Below, one piece after another: positions 24,665 to 37,321 of a stretch of 64,000 bases of DNA (the stretch's first letter is position 1; each line of letters starts with the position of its first letter). A program made the position numbers and the translations under genes. The stretch is from assembly GCA_001244265.2 (NCBI GenBank), contig CDLV01000009.1, positions 930,001 through 994,000 of the forward strand, written 5' to 3'. The notes below the pieces were generated by a model that was not told where the DNA came from, searched no databases, and saw only the letters and a program-made list of their open reading frames with translations. The DNA comes from Microbotryum violaceum (lineage: Eukaryota).

Positions 24665-26956
24665 ATGCCCGCCGCAACGAGGAACGCGCTACAACGCGTT
24701 GTCGACGGCATGAACCCGGATACAGAGAACGAGAACGACATTGGCATGATCAAGGGCCACACGCCATTACGCTCTCCGCGGAAACGCACCACCATCGATA
24801 GGCTCAAGCGCAAGCTCATCGCCCATGCCAAGTTCGTCGGGCCGGGTATGTCTGTCTTTCTCTTTCGAGGAGATTGGCCGAATCATTGGTCAAATCAGAG
24901 GCTGACTAGATCCTCGTTACATACAGGTGTCATCGCAAGTGTGGCCTACATTGTGAGCACTCCGCCTGTGATTCGATGGGCTTGACTCACCGCAGTGGGC
25001 TGATATATCCGGCGAGCACGTCCCTTCTCTTGAATAGGACCCGGGGAATTGGGCTACTGATCTTCAAGCCGGCAGTCAATTCGGATACAGCCATCTCTTC
25101 ATCATCCTGCTTTCGGGATTAATTGCGCTACTGTTCCAAGTCCTCGCGACCCGTCTGGGATGCGTCAGCGATCTCGGTCAGTAGCCTTCGATAGTCGGGT
25201 TCTCCGACGTCGTTTTTCCGAGCCCAGCTGACCTTGTGGAGAGGTCGTTGCGCTCGCAGACCTGTCCCAAAACTGTCGAAGAGCATTGTATAATAGACCC
25301 AAACACAAGATGGTTTACCGCTGGGGCGTTCTGTACCCTCTCTACGCCCTGTCCGAGATTGGCATTATCTTCACCGACTTGGCCGAATTGCTCGGTTCGG
25401 CCATCGCCATCAACCTCATCATTCCTGCCATCCCTCTCTGGGGCGCTGTCCTGATAACCTCACTCGACGTGTTCCTCATCCTGCTGCTCTTTGATCAATA
25501 CCCGACCCGAATGATCACTCGCTCGATGCGAATGTTCGAGCTCTTGATCGGCCTGCTCGTCATGACTGTCCTCGGCTCCTTCGTCGCGTTACTCGTCAAG
25601 GTCAGCCCCGTATGGAAGGACGTCTTCCATGGCTACGTCCCCGGTCCTGGGATCATCCGCGGAGGTGGGCTCTATGTTGCCGTTGGTATCGTCGGTGCGA
25701 CCGTTATGCCCCACGCTTTCTTCATTGGATCCAAGATGGCGACGATGAGGAGGCTCGCACCGGATCAGTACGCATACGACGATGACGACGAAGATCTGAT
25801 GGATGAGAAGAATACGGCAGCAGTTCGAATGAGGGATCTCTCGACGATGCCAAACCCCGCGAGGCGACCTAGCCATGGAGGAGGCCCGCACCTTCACCTG
25901 CCACAGCCCGTTGCGTTGGGGAACTTCAACATCCACTCCAATCGCAACAGAGCGATCACGTCGACATCGGCGTCGACCGCTGCGGACATGATCGTCGAGA
26001 CGGGGTCTACATCACCTGCTGAGAACTCTGGTGACGCAGCGAGCAAAAAGACGGACGACGGAAAGAACCCTGCCCCATTGTCCGACCACCCCAAGCCCAC
26101 GCTCGCCTGCGTTCGAGCCCATCTCGGTCATGCCGTCGCCGACGTTGCCGGCTCGTTGCTCGGCTTTGCGATCCTCATCAACTCGAGCATCCTAATCCTC
26201 GCTGCCGCCGTCTTCTACTACGGCAAAGGACGATCCTCGGTCGGCAACGAAGGCGTCTCCGATCTCTTCGACGCCTTCGATCTCGTCAAGCAGTACCTCG
26301 GCCAAGTTTTCGCGTACCTCTTCGCAATCGGGTTGTTCATGGCAGGTCAATCCGCTTCGTTGACGGTCACACTTTCGGGGCAAATCATCTCGGAAGGGTT
26401 CATCGAGTGGCATACGACACCGTGGCAGCGAAGGCTGGTAACGAGATTAATTGGCATTGTCCCCAGTCTGGCTGTCGCCGTCGCCATCGGTCGGGAAGGG
26501 ATCTCCGTTTTGTTGGTGGGATCTCAAGTCGCTCTTAGTATTGTGTTGACTTTTGTGCTCGTTCCGTAAGTACTCTACGACTTACCGATGCCCGCCCACG
26601 CGCGATGCTGATCGTACCTCTCACTCCCGTACAGCCTCATCATTTTCACTTCGCAATCGCACATCATGTCGATCCCGATCACATCACCAGGCGAAAGCAG
26701 TGCACCAATCAGCACACCCGACTCCTTCCCTCAGGCATCCGCTACCCCCCTCCTCGTCGAATCCCCCATCTTCATCCGGCGATCCTTGAAGGAAATTTTC
26801 CGGATCCTGAATCCCGTCCGCAAGCGCGCCGCGCCAGAAGGGCACGTCTCATTTGTCAACTCCGCTTTGATCGTCTACCTCTGTTGGGCCTTGTGGCTTC
26901 TGATCACGATCGCGAACGTTTTCGCGTTGTACGACATCGGTGCATCCACGCAATGA
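24665..26956 (+). CDS. NRAMP family divalent metal (Mn/Fe) transporter, Smf1/Smf2-like; start uncertain
   Basis: [98 protein letters not shown]. Confidence 0.95.
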
Positions 26957-27136
26957 TCCGTTTGAGGTGGGTTCTCTTCTTTTTAGTGATGGTACACTCT
27001 TCAGTCTGAACTGCTCTCTCCAAATGCAAATACTACGGACAACATACGGAAAGCGACCGACGCAAATAATCCAAAATCGCCGATCCCGGGCGCTGACCAA
27101 TGTCAAAAGAAATATCCAAGTCTCACACCCCACCCT

Positions 27137-29639
27137 TCAAGGCGACACTTCCAACACCTCGCACTTGCCCCATCGTTCTTCGTCCCGAGCCTCACGCTTC
27201 AGAGCCCGACCTTTTGACAGTGAAGGAGGCATGTTCCTAAGCTCCCGAACCTCCAATTCCTCCCCACCACTCCCCTCGGAACCCTCATCATCATCAACGA
27301 CCAAGAGCGTAGGCGGCGGCGCGACTTTGATCTTCTTCGGCGACTCTAAATGTTCGGCTGTGCCGATGACTTTATGCGGTACCCGTGGTACAGCCCCAAC
27401 CGTTTTGGGATCTGGTAAATCACCATCACTGTCGTCCTCGTTGTCGCACACGAAAGGTTCCTCCTCCTCGTCGTCAATTACGAACGGTTCGGATTCGGGA
27501 TCGTCTCCGACTGTGAAGAGCGTTCGCCTCATTTTGGTCTTGATGGGTGAGGTAGTGGGCGACAAAAAAGTCTTGAACCTATCAAAATTCTCCTCCTTCT
27601 TGTTCTCCTTCCCTTTGCTCCCAACTTGAGCTTTCGCCACGCCCTCTTTGGTCGCTTTGAACATGAGCGTGTTCGGAGCCCCTTTCCCTTTCGTCGCCGC
27701 TACGACGGGCACCGTCTTGACAGGTTCTTTCTTCTTTCTTGGACTAGGGTTCGCCTTCTTGTCCTCCCACTGTTTGACCGCTTCCCGTCCATCAGGATGG
27801 GCCTCGACATAAGCGACAGGAACCCAATGCATGAAAGGAGTGATTGAATCGCCATAGTCTTTCGGCGCACGACGTTGCTTGATCACAGAACCATCGGTGT
27901 CAAAATCACCCTCACTGACTTCAGTGCGGGGGTAAGGATCGACAGCGGGTAAAGCCTCGTTGATCAACGTTGAGAACGGAAGTGGATCAAGTCGCACACG
28001 GTACGAAAGGACGTTCTGCGTCGAATCGGCGTTCTTGAGGTCCCTAACCTCGGCAAAGAGCGGGCCCTCGTATTCGGACCGATACGGCGCTTCAGGCACA
28101 CTTCGATCGGCATTTCGATCGTCGTACAACGCCCTTCGTCGGATCTCGAGCATCAAGAGAGGTTTGTAGACGAGGCTACGGAAACGAGCTCGTACGTCGG
28201 CGTTGCTCCATTCGAAATTCTCGGAGCAGTAGAGCACCAACTGCTTCAAGTTGACCGGCGTGTCCCACACGGGAGGGTCCAAGCCGGACGAGACGTTGGG
28301 TGAGGTGTAGTGGCGCACGATCTCGGGATTGGGGAAGTCCGTCTGGCCTGGAAGTTGTTGAGATAACTTTGGGGCCTTACGCGCCAGGAACTTTCGAGAG
28401 TCGGTGCGGAGCTCTTCGGCGACTTTGGCTCGCCAATCGGCGAAAGCTCGTTTCTGCTCGGCCGAGCCATCGCGGTGGAGCTCGAGACATCGAAGGAGCG
28501 AACGACCAAAACCACATCTCGCCAGGGCGCAAGCAATCTTGGCACCGACGAACGCAACCCCTTGCGGGTGGTAGTCACCCCCCGAGAGCAATGCGACGAG
28601 GATCAAGGATTCTTGGTCCAGCTCGAGTGTGTCGAGGATATTGAGCGACGAGTAGATGCGGCGGGCGTCTTTTGATGTTGTTGTCGAAGTGGTAGAGGGC
28701 TTGACCTTTCTCAAAGATGGTTCTTCGACTGCACTTTCCTCCGCTTTGGATTGAGTGGGCCCAGCTAATTTTCCCGTCTTGGGAGGGTTGCGAATGACCT
28801 AGAGAGAGTAATCGAAAACTTAGCGGCTGAAGTTTCTCTATCGCCGACAACCCGGAACTGACCAAGGGAGCCCCGAATAACAGAGCGTCTACATCGTCCT
28901 ATGAGACCATTTAGGGTAGTGAGTAATTACACGGGAATCTGCTAACAAAGAGCACAAGGCATCACTAACCGTCAGAACAGCATCAATCTCGCCTCGAACC
29001 GCCATCGCCGCCAACTCGGCCTCTGCTTCCCCCGGAGCAATTCTCCTCCTCATGCCAAAGAGGTCAATCAATCTCCTTATAAGCACGTCCTCTTTCTTCT
29101 TGGTGTTACCAAAACCCGGACCTCCTCCTCCGATCCTTTTACCTCGCTTCCAGTTCGGTTTGCCGGGACCATCGAACACGAAGATCAACAGGCAGCCTTG
29201 TGAGAGGAGTTCGACGATCCGAAAGAAGAAGGTCCGGACATCGGCATTCCTGTCAAGATCGTCGGAGTCTTACGTCAGTCCAACTACTTTCCCCCGCCAT
29301 CCATGACGAGATGCTTCGACCGGGTGAGCGAGCGAGTGCTCCGTCAGTCGACATCGTCCAACTCGTCGACCAATGTGACTACCACTCACGCTCCGACCTC
29401 GCTCGCATCCATCGCAGCCACCTTGCGTATGTGCTGCGACCAGACATCGTTCCCAAGATCAGCTTCGTCGTAGACATACGCATCATGATCTGACTCACAA
29501 AAAGCCATAAGGAGGCATCGATCCCAAGTCGAAAGCCCCGCACGCCCGGGGAGCTCTGGAACTTGGTCGTCGCGATGCCCATGATGGTGTCCCTCTCTTC
29601 CGCCGCTTCCAGTTCTTTCCAAAATGTTGGGACCCCCAT
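27137..29639 (-). CDS. XPG/Rad2-family nuclease, Yen1/GEN1-like Holliday junction resolvase
   Basis: MGVPTFWKEL, FRLGIDASLWLF, FVFDGPGKPNWKRGK, APGEAEAELA..IDAVLT-DDVDALLFGA, LVALLSGGDY..GVAFVG..ALARCGFG. Confidence 0.88.
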
Positions 29640-29993
29640 TCCAAACTGGTGATGTGGCCTGAGAAGAACCGAGGCCGGATGAGGCGTGGACGTCGCCGCT
29701 CGGCCCGTCGATTGACATTGACTGGGTTGCCAGTACAACCGTGTCGTCAATCAACGTTCAACGTTCAACCCCAATCAACCGACGGCAATCGCCAGTCCCG
29801 TCAGTCGATCACCCTCGGCGCATACATTGAGCTCTTCTTTACTAACTCCGGAGATGACGGTGAAATTCGACTTTGGATTTTCTTTCTATGAGATCTAAAA
29901 TGCTGTGTACTCTCTATGCATTGCTATGCGGGGCCTATCGGAGCAAAAAATCATGAAATCCGAGGCGAAGGACTGATCTGGTGATCCGCCGAC

Positions 29994-31494
29994 TCAGTTC
30001 TCGAGAACGTAGCGGTAACGAGCCTTGCCCTTGTCCATGTCCTTAACGGCTTGCGAAGCATCCGACATGGGTCGCACTTGGATCCAGGGACGAACGTTCT
30101 TCTCGGCCGCGACGTCGAGCATCTCCTTGATCTGGGTCGTACCAGCGATGAGAGTACCGGCGAGAGCAACACCCTTGCCGACGAATGCCTGGCCGTACAT
30201 AGCGGGCAACTTGGACTCAGGGAGACCGCACAAAGCCAACGTTCCCTCAGGTCGGAGCAACTTCAGGAAGAGCGACTCGATCGGCATGTCGTCTTGGAAG
30301 GCCGTGCACACGATCAGGTCGAACGAACGCGCCCACTTCTTGGCCGTCGCCGTCTCGTCCTTGGTGATGATGAAGTTCTCAGGCTTGACGCCGAGCTTCT
30401 CCGCATCGGTGAGCTTCGAGTCGCTGTGCGAGAGAGCGAAGGTCTCGGCACCAAGAGCGTTGGAGAATTGCAAGGCGAGATGACCTAGGGAGTCAAAAGC
30501 AGGATGTGTCAGTGACCGTGAGCAAACGAGACAGGGGACGGTCGAGGTGACTCACCGAGTCCTCCGATACCGACGACGGCAACACGCTTGCCGGGACCAG
30601 CACCGAATCGCTTCAATGGGGAGTAAACGGTAGCACCGGCACACATGAGACTATGGAAAGGCAACAAATCGGCGAATCAGTTTTTCGTGATCGGCAAGAT
30701 CTTCTTCAGATTCAGAGGACTCACGGAGCAGCCTCGGCCGACTTAATCTGCTCAGGAATGGCAATAGCGAAGCGACCTTGGCAGCGGATGTAGTCGGCGT
30801 CTGTAATAGGACGAAAAAAGGAGTCAACACCGCTGTCAGATTAGGAGCATGACTGCCTTGCAAACACCACTCACAACCTCCTTGAGCGTAGTTCTCAGGG
30901 TCTTCGGGGTAACGTCCCTGGTAGGTGCCGCGCATGCCCTCGGCGCAGTAGTTCTCCTTGTTGATCTGGCACATGTCGCATTCGCCGCAGCTTCCACCTT
31001 GGGCTCCGACACCAACGCGTTCGCCGATACTGTGGCCAGACGCCTTGCCGGCGCGTACGACGGTGCCGACAACTTCGTGACCAGCGACGCAAGGGTACGA
31101 GGTCGGGCTCGGCCAGCCGTTGGTGAGAGTGTGGATACACGAGCCGCAGATACCACAGTGCGAGATCTTGATGTCAACCTGTGATGAGTTGAGGATTGTG
31201 GAGCGATTGTGAAACCGTCGTCTAGTCAGTTGCAGGAACGAGACAATTTTCCTAGAGAGGGGCTAGCCCGACTTCGGCATTACTCACATCCGCCTCGGTC
31301 CACTTCTTGGGAGTGTCTTTTGGTGGACAAAAGAAGGAAAAGTCGCAGAGTAACAATGATCAGCCGTTGCCCCTCCAGAGAATGCAGAAGCATAGTGACT
31401 TACATTGGATCTTGGTCAAGTTCAAAGCCTTGCCCTCCTCCTCGTTGACGGCGGCATAGCCAGTGAATTGCTCAGGGATAGCTTGAGTCGACAT
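29994..31494 (-). CDS. NADP-dependent Zn alcohol dehydrogenase (Adh6/CAD family)
   Basis: MSTQAIPEQFTGYAA, VDIKISHCGICGSCIHT, GHEVVG, VGVGAQ..CGECDMC..ENYC, APLMCAGATVYSPL, VVGIGGLGH, GKARYRYVL. Confidence 0.93.
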
Positions 31495-32295
31495 AGTGGT
31501 ACTGAAGCGGTATCTTTAAATGTGGGAGGATAGCAATATGAATGAGAGAAGGGCAGGAGGAGAAGAAAGGCGGCGAGAAAAGACTCGGTCCAGCCTTCGC
31601 AGCGCCGAAATTCGTCCGCAATCTGCGACGTCACGATTTGTCATCGGGGGTCCTCCACTTGACCGCCGAGTGTAAGCAGCATCTTCGATATCTGTCAGCT
31701 CGGCTTGTCGCCGTTGGCAGCGAATGTTTTCTCTGTCCTTCTTCACGTCAATGGAGTGAAGCATTGACGAATGACAAAGCCAGTATCTCTGACAAAGCAA
31801 GCATATCTTGCTGTTGGGCAAGCCTAAAATCGTTCTCCTAGACGCTGTCCCTGTGTCGATCGATCGGAAGTTCCTGCCGGTCTGTAAATGTGTGATCGCC
31901 GGCTAACTCGCGGCGGAGGTTTCTGCGATTCCCACTACACTGGCGTGAAAGCTCACAATCTTTGTTAGAGTATACCTCACATCCAGAGAAATCATGATCG
32001 GACCAGCTACCTTCCTACCTAAACAGATCCTACGTAAACATATTATTTCGCCACTGACCTTGGGCATGAATTCGTCAAATTGCGTCGGAGCGGTTCGCGG
32101 AGTTTTTGGGCACCGCCGGTTGAACGGAGCGTGCCGGTCCCGGTGATGGTCCAAGCTCAAAGCTCATGCGCTCAAGTCTTGGCCGGCGCAGATCAGTCCC
32201 GCGTCTGGCGCGAGTCGATTGAAAACGTTGGTTTCCTCTCCTCGAAGGATCCAAAAACACCCGACTCTCTACTTTAACCCCTACACCGCATCACC

Positions 32296-34503
32296 ATGTT
32301 CGCCGCCGTCCCCAAAACTCAGCTGTTGCGCTCCATCGCCGCACGCTCGTATGCGTCCCAGGCCTCGCAGGCGACCCAAGCCGCTGTGCAGCCGATCGTC
32401 GAAAGTTAGTCGGCGTTCGAACTGATGTTTACTCTTGGGGGCTTCGGCTGACCATGACCTTTGGCAAATCCTACCCACAGACAAGCCAGGATCTCAATTC
32501 GCTCCTTTTCAATGGCAGGACCCGCTCAAGATCGAGTCGACGTTGCTGAGCGAGGACGAGCAATCCATCATGTCAGTCTCGAGACTTCTTGCGCCGACGC
32601 GGTCCCCGGGCGCTCGGCAAATCGCGGGGCGCCTCCACGCGTGTCGAGTCAACTCTGTGGCCGGGGCAGTTCAGCTGAATCTGGTGCGCGGTTTACGTAC
32701 CATACCACCTGGCGCAATCTATACACAGGGAGACCGCTCGAGAGTACTGCAAGGAACAGTTGGCTCCTCGCGTGCTTGAGGCGTACCGAAATGAGAGTGA
32801 GTGGACGGTGGAACGAGCTCGTGTGGAACGGCGTGGGCCGAAGGACAACACTGAACCTGACGTCTTTCAAGTTTTGTTCAGACTTCGACCGCGAGATTCT
32901 GAGCGAGATGGTGCGTGAACGCCATGAACATCTTGATGACACTGCTCGCTCTCGAGCTGACCTCGATCTTGACTTATGTAGGGAGACCTCGGTTTGCTCG
33001 GCGCGGCGATCAAGACCCATGGTTGCGCAGGCATCAGTTCGGTCGGCTATGGATTGATTGCTCGAGAAGTCGAGCGAGTGGATTCAGGTTACCGCTCGGC
33101 CATGTCGGTTCAATCTTCGCTCGTCATGCACCCTATCAACGCCTTCGGCTCTCAAGAGCTGAAGGACAAGTTCTTGCCCGACTTGGCCAAGGGCAAGAAG
33201 GTCGGATGCTTCGGGTTGACCGAGCCTGACCATGGATCCGACCCTGCTGGAATGACGACCGAGGCGACCGAAGTTGACGGTGGCTTCTCACTCACCGGTG
33301 CCAAGACGTGGATCTCGAATTCGCCCATCGCCGATGTCTTTGTGGTGTGGGCCAAGTGCAAGTGGGACGGCAAGATCCGTGGTTTCGTGATGGAGAAGGT
33401 AAGGGCGTTCCTTGAAGTCCACTTCGCGAAAGCCGATTGTGAGTATCTGACTGGTCATCTGGGCTCTTTGGTTGTTTCATCACAGGGAATGAAAGGTCTT
33501 TCGGCTCCTCAAATCAAGAACAAGCTGTCGCTTCGCGCCTCGATCACTGGATCCATCTTCATGGATGGTGTCAATGTCCCGCATGGCAACGTCTTGGACG
33601 TGACAGGTCTCAAGGGACCCTTCTCGTGTCTTAAGTGAGTGGTCCGAGTCGATGAATTGATCACGTTATGGCGGACTGACGTTTGAACTACTCTCGATTT
33701 TTCCAGCAACGCTCGATTCGGTATTTCGTTCGGTGTCATCGGTGCTTTGGAGGAGGCGATCGAGCTCTCTCGATCGTACGCGTTGGAGAGGTGCGTTAGG
33801 CTCGGCCTCTCAAGCCCGACACGATTTGTACTTACAGTTCACCTACTGGGTTTGAAACGTTTGTAGGAAGCAATTCGGCAAGCCCATCGCTTCGTTCCAG
33901 CTCATACAGAAGAAGCTCGCCGATGCGAGCTCAGAAGCAGCTCGTACGTCCTTCGTCCACCCGAGTTGATGACTTTATTTGGTGTCGTGGAAGCCAATTT
34001 TTTCTGTTCGCTATTAGTTGGTCTCATCGCGTCTATTCAACTCGGCCGACTGAAGGACTCTGGCAACTGGTCACGTGAGTTCCAAGAGACCACTATGCGA
34101 CAACCTGGGGACTTGGGACTGACGAGCGATGTTGTGTACAGCCGAGATGGTCTCGTTGATGAAGCGCAACAACTGCTACAAGGCAACCGAGAACACGCGA
34201 ACGTTGATGGAGATCTTTGGTGGAAACGCCTGCGCCGACGAGTGAGTCGCGCCGCGCGAAAATGCTGACCGTCTAGATACAACGCTCACCCTACGCATTT
34301 CAATAGGTACCACATTGCCCGAATTGCATCCAATCTTCACACTGTGTCGACCTATGAGGGTGAGTCTCTCCTTTCAGATTTGATGGAACTCCTCCCTCTA
34401 CCGGACGAGTGCTCACCGGGTTTTCGAGCCTTGTGCAGGCACATACGACGTCCACGGCTTGATCTTGGGCCGAGCCATCACTGGCATTCAGGCTTTCCAG
34501 TAG
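32296..34503 (+). CDS. GCDH: Glutaryl-CoA dehydrogenase, mitochondrial (acyl-CoA dehydrogenase family), many exons
   Basis: [123 protein letters not shown]. Confidence 0.95.
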
Positions 34504-35260
34504 ATGTTGTGATTACTCTCGTGCCAATTTGTGTGGGGGTAATATAGAAAGGAGGATTTACTCGCAGCCGCGGCCCGGATAATCTACTAGTTGCGTGCCC
34601 CCCAAAAATTGCGCCGCTTCAAACGGTACTTCCTGCGGCTTACCCATTTCTGGCGAGGTCAACCGCCGATACAGGTAATTCGGACACAATTTCGACAGCA
34701 ACATTAGTCCTCGTTTGCACGGCTCAGGATGGAGGTCAATTGTATCGGCTACACGCGTCGTCCGTGGCGGGACGGCGCAGACGGCTGACGGCAGTTGTGA
34801 CGCTTTGATCGGAAATGAAGGCCGCGTCACCCGTGCTCGCGCGAGGCCGCGAGGCGAAAGGGGCGGGACCTCCAGGCGCTAGGGCGGGCGGGCGTTTGGC
34901 GAATGGCGTGCTCATCGCAACCGAATTTTGGTGGAGACGCTCGCTGGGCGCCCATCGCGCCTGGGGTTTTGGATCGGTCCTGCTTGATCAGCAACCCGCA
35001 TCATTTCATCGCGTCGCACCCGCCCCCCAGACGCGGTTTTTTGTCTTTGACCTCTGTTCAAAGAATCAATCACCTAGAGCCACAGCTTTGACCACCTTCT
35101 TCGCTTCCTTCACCTACCGCCGTTGCTCTCTGTGCGCCTGCTTTGTTGCCTTCCTCCGTCAGTCGTGTCCCCCTGTGATCGTCGCCGAGTCCGAAGTCTT
35201 CAAATTTGTGCCACCCGCCGCCGCCCCACTGCCGCACACCCCCCAACCCGCAAGATCACG

Positions 35261-36416
35261 ATGGCATCCGCATCACCCATAGCCTCGACATCGACATCGG
35301 TCGCCAGCTCTCCCTCTCTCCGTGCCTCCAGCCCAGCATCGTCCGTTTCGGCCGGATCTGAGGCGATCGCTCCCTTTGACGTCTCGACGATCGATGTCGT
35401 CAACGCGTCCCTCTCCGCCGCCACGCCGCAGGAGATTCTCGCGTGGGCGATCGGTCATTTGCCGAACCTCTGGCAAACGACCGCCTTCGGTCTGACCGGT
35501 CTGGCGGCCACGGACATGATTGCCAAAATCACAAAACGCCAAAAGGCGAGCCAACACCTCGTTCCCATGATCTTCATTGACACGCTGTACCATTTCGAAG
35601 AGACGCTTGCGCTCGCGGACAAGATCGAGCGCAAGTACAAGCTTCAGATGTCGGTCTTCCGACCACCCGGAGTCGAGACGACGGCCGAGTTCGAGGAGAA
35701 GTACGGCCAGGAACTGTGGAAGACCGATGAGGATACTTACGATTACTTGGTCAAGGTGAGCTTTGTACGACCCAGGGGTCATGCTCGCCTGGCGAGCAGC
35801 CCGCGCTGGCGAACCGAAGAATTAGCAAGCTGACATTTTGTGTCCGCATCCCGCTTTGTCCCACCCTAGGTCGAACCCGCACGACGAGCATACGAGGAGT
35901 TGGATGTCAAGGCTGTCATTACCGGTCGACGACGATCCCAAGGTGCGGACCGAGCGACGTTGCAACCGCTTGAAGTCGATTCGACCGGCTTGATCAAGGT
36001 CAACCCCTTGTGTCGATGGGGCTTCAGCGAGGTCAAGGACTACATCGACATGGCCGGCGTTCCTTACAACCCTCTGCTCGACCAGGGCTACAAGTCGGTT
36101 GGCGACTGGCACTCGACCAAGATCCCCGTCGATGGTGAGGGAGAGCGTACCGGTCGATGGTCGGGCAACACCCAAAAAACGGAGTGCGGGCTGCACAAGG
36201 ACTACTTCAAGATGTGAGACCATCCTGAACTCCTCTTAGGATTTATGCAAAATCCAGATGCTGACATGCAATTTTCTGATCTTTGTGGCGCACCACAGGA
36301 AGAAGGCCTATGAGAAGAAGCGACGAGAAGCCGAGTTGGCATCCCAGGACAAGGCCCGAGGAGAGGACGTTCTTGGCGAGACCTCGGTACAAATGGATCT
36401 CTTGGCTCTCAACTAG
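35261..36416 (+). CDS. MET16: 3'-phosphoadenylylsulfate (PAPS) reductase
   Basis: LWQTTAFGLTGL, FIDTLYHFEETL, YDYLVKVEP, TGRRRSQG, KVNPL, YNPLLDQGYKSVGDWHST, ERTGRW..KTECGLH. Confidence 0.96.
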
Positions 36417-37321
36417 AATAGATCCTTCCTCCCTATACAATCTGCGAACATTACTGTAGAGCTCCATCGATCACCCTTTTCACCCCAAGTTTCCCTCCTA
36501 AGTGCCCATGTTTTGTAATCGACCCTTGTTCAATTTAGCAGGCACCGTGGATTTTTCGATTCAGGAGGCTCACTGCCCGAGCACTTGTTTGGTACACCTT
36601 ACTTCCCAGGGCTACTTTCACCTCTTCTGCTCCGCAATCGTCTCTAGGTGCACACTTCTACCCAAAGGCGACCATAAGTTTCGGCTGGAATAGGAATGAA
36701 GGACATTGGCCCGGCTGCGGGAAGGTCCTGCTGGAACACAAAATCTGAGTCATCCGCCTCACGGCCAACAGGCTGCCTAAGCTCCCGGGTTCCAACGCGA
36801 AAATGCGCTTCCTCGTCGGCTGCGATGACAGGCCGTGAATGACAAACGATTGGGAGCACTACTGCAGAGCGCATTGCAGTGAAGGACAAAAGCTGGGGTA
36901 CCGGGCCCCGAAAGCCCTTGCCGCGGGCGCAGCCGTACACCACCGGCGCGCCACCGGCGTGTGGCGAGCCGGCCGCCGATCTTCGATGGCGCGCGGAGCT
37001 GCCGGGTGACGTCAAAGCTCGAGCCGGCGCGCGCCCCTACCAATCGCGGTCGAGGGTGCGCAAACATTTCATTTCGCGCCTTGAGAAATAAGATCGATGC
37101 TCCCGCTCGGCTTTTTTGGCCGAGATGGGTGAGCGGCCGTTGTGTTGGTGAGCACAAGGGCTCTCGGAGTGCATTTGCCCCCGACGTTAAGCCTGACCTT
37201 CATTATACGTCGTCCCCCGCCCCTCCCCTTTCCTCCTCCCCCAATCCGCCCAGCCACCAGTCGACCCCTTTCTCGTTTTCTAACTGTGCAGCTTTTCTTC
37301 CGAAGTTCGTAACCCCTCGCC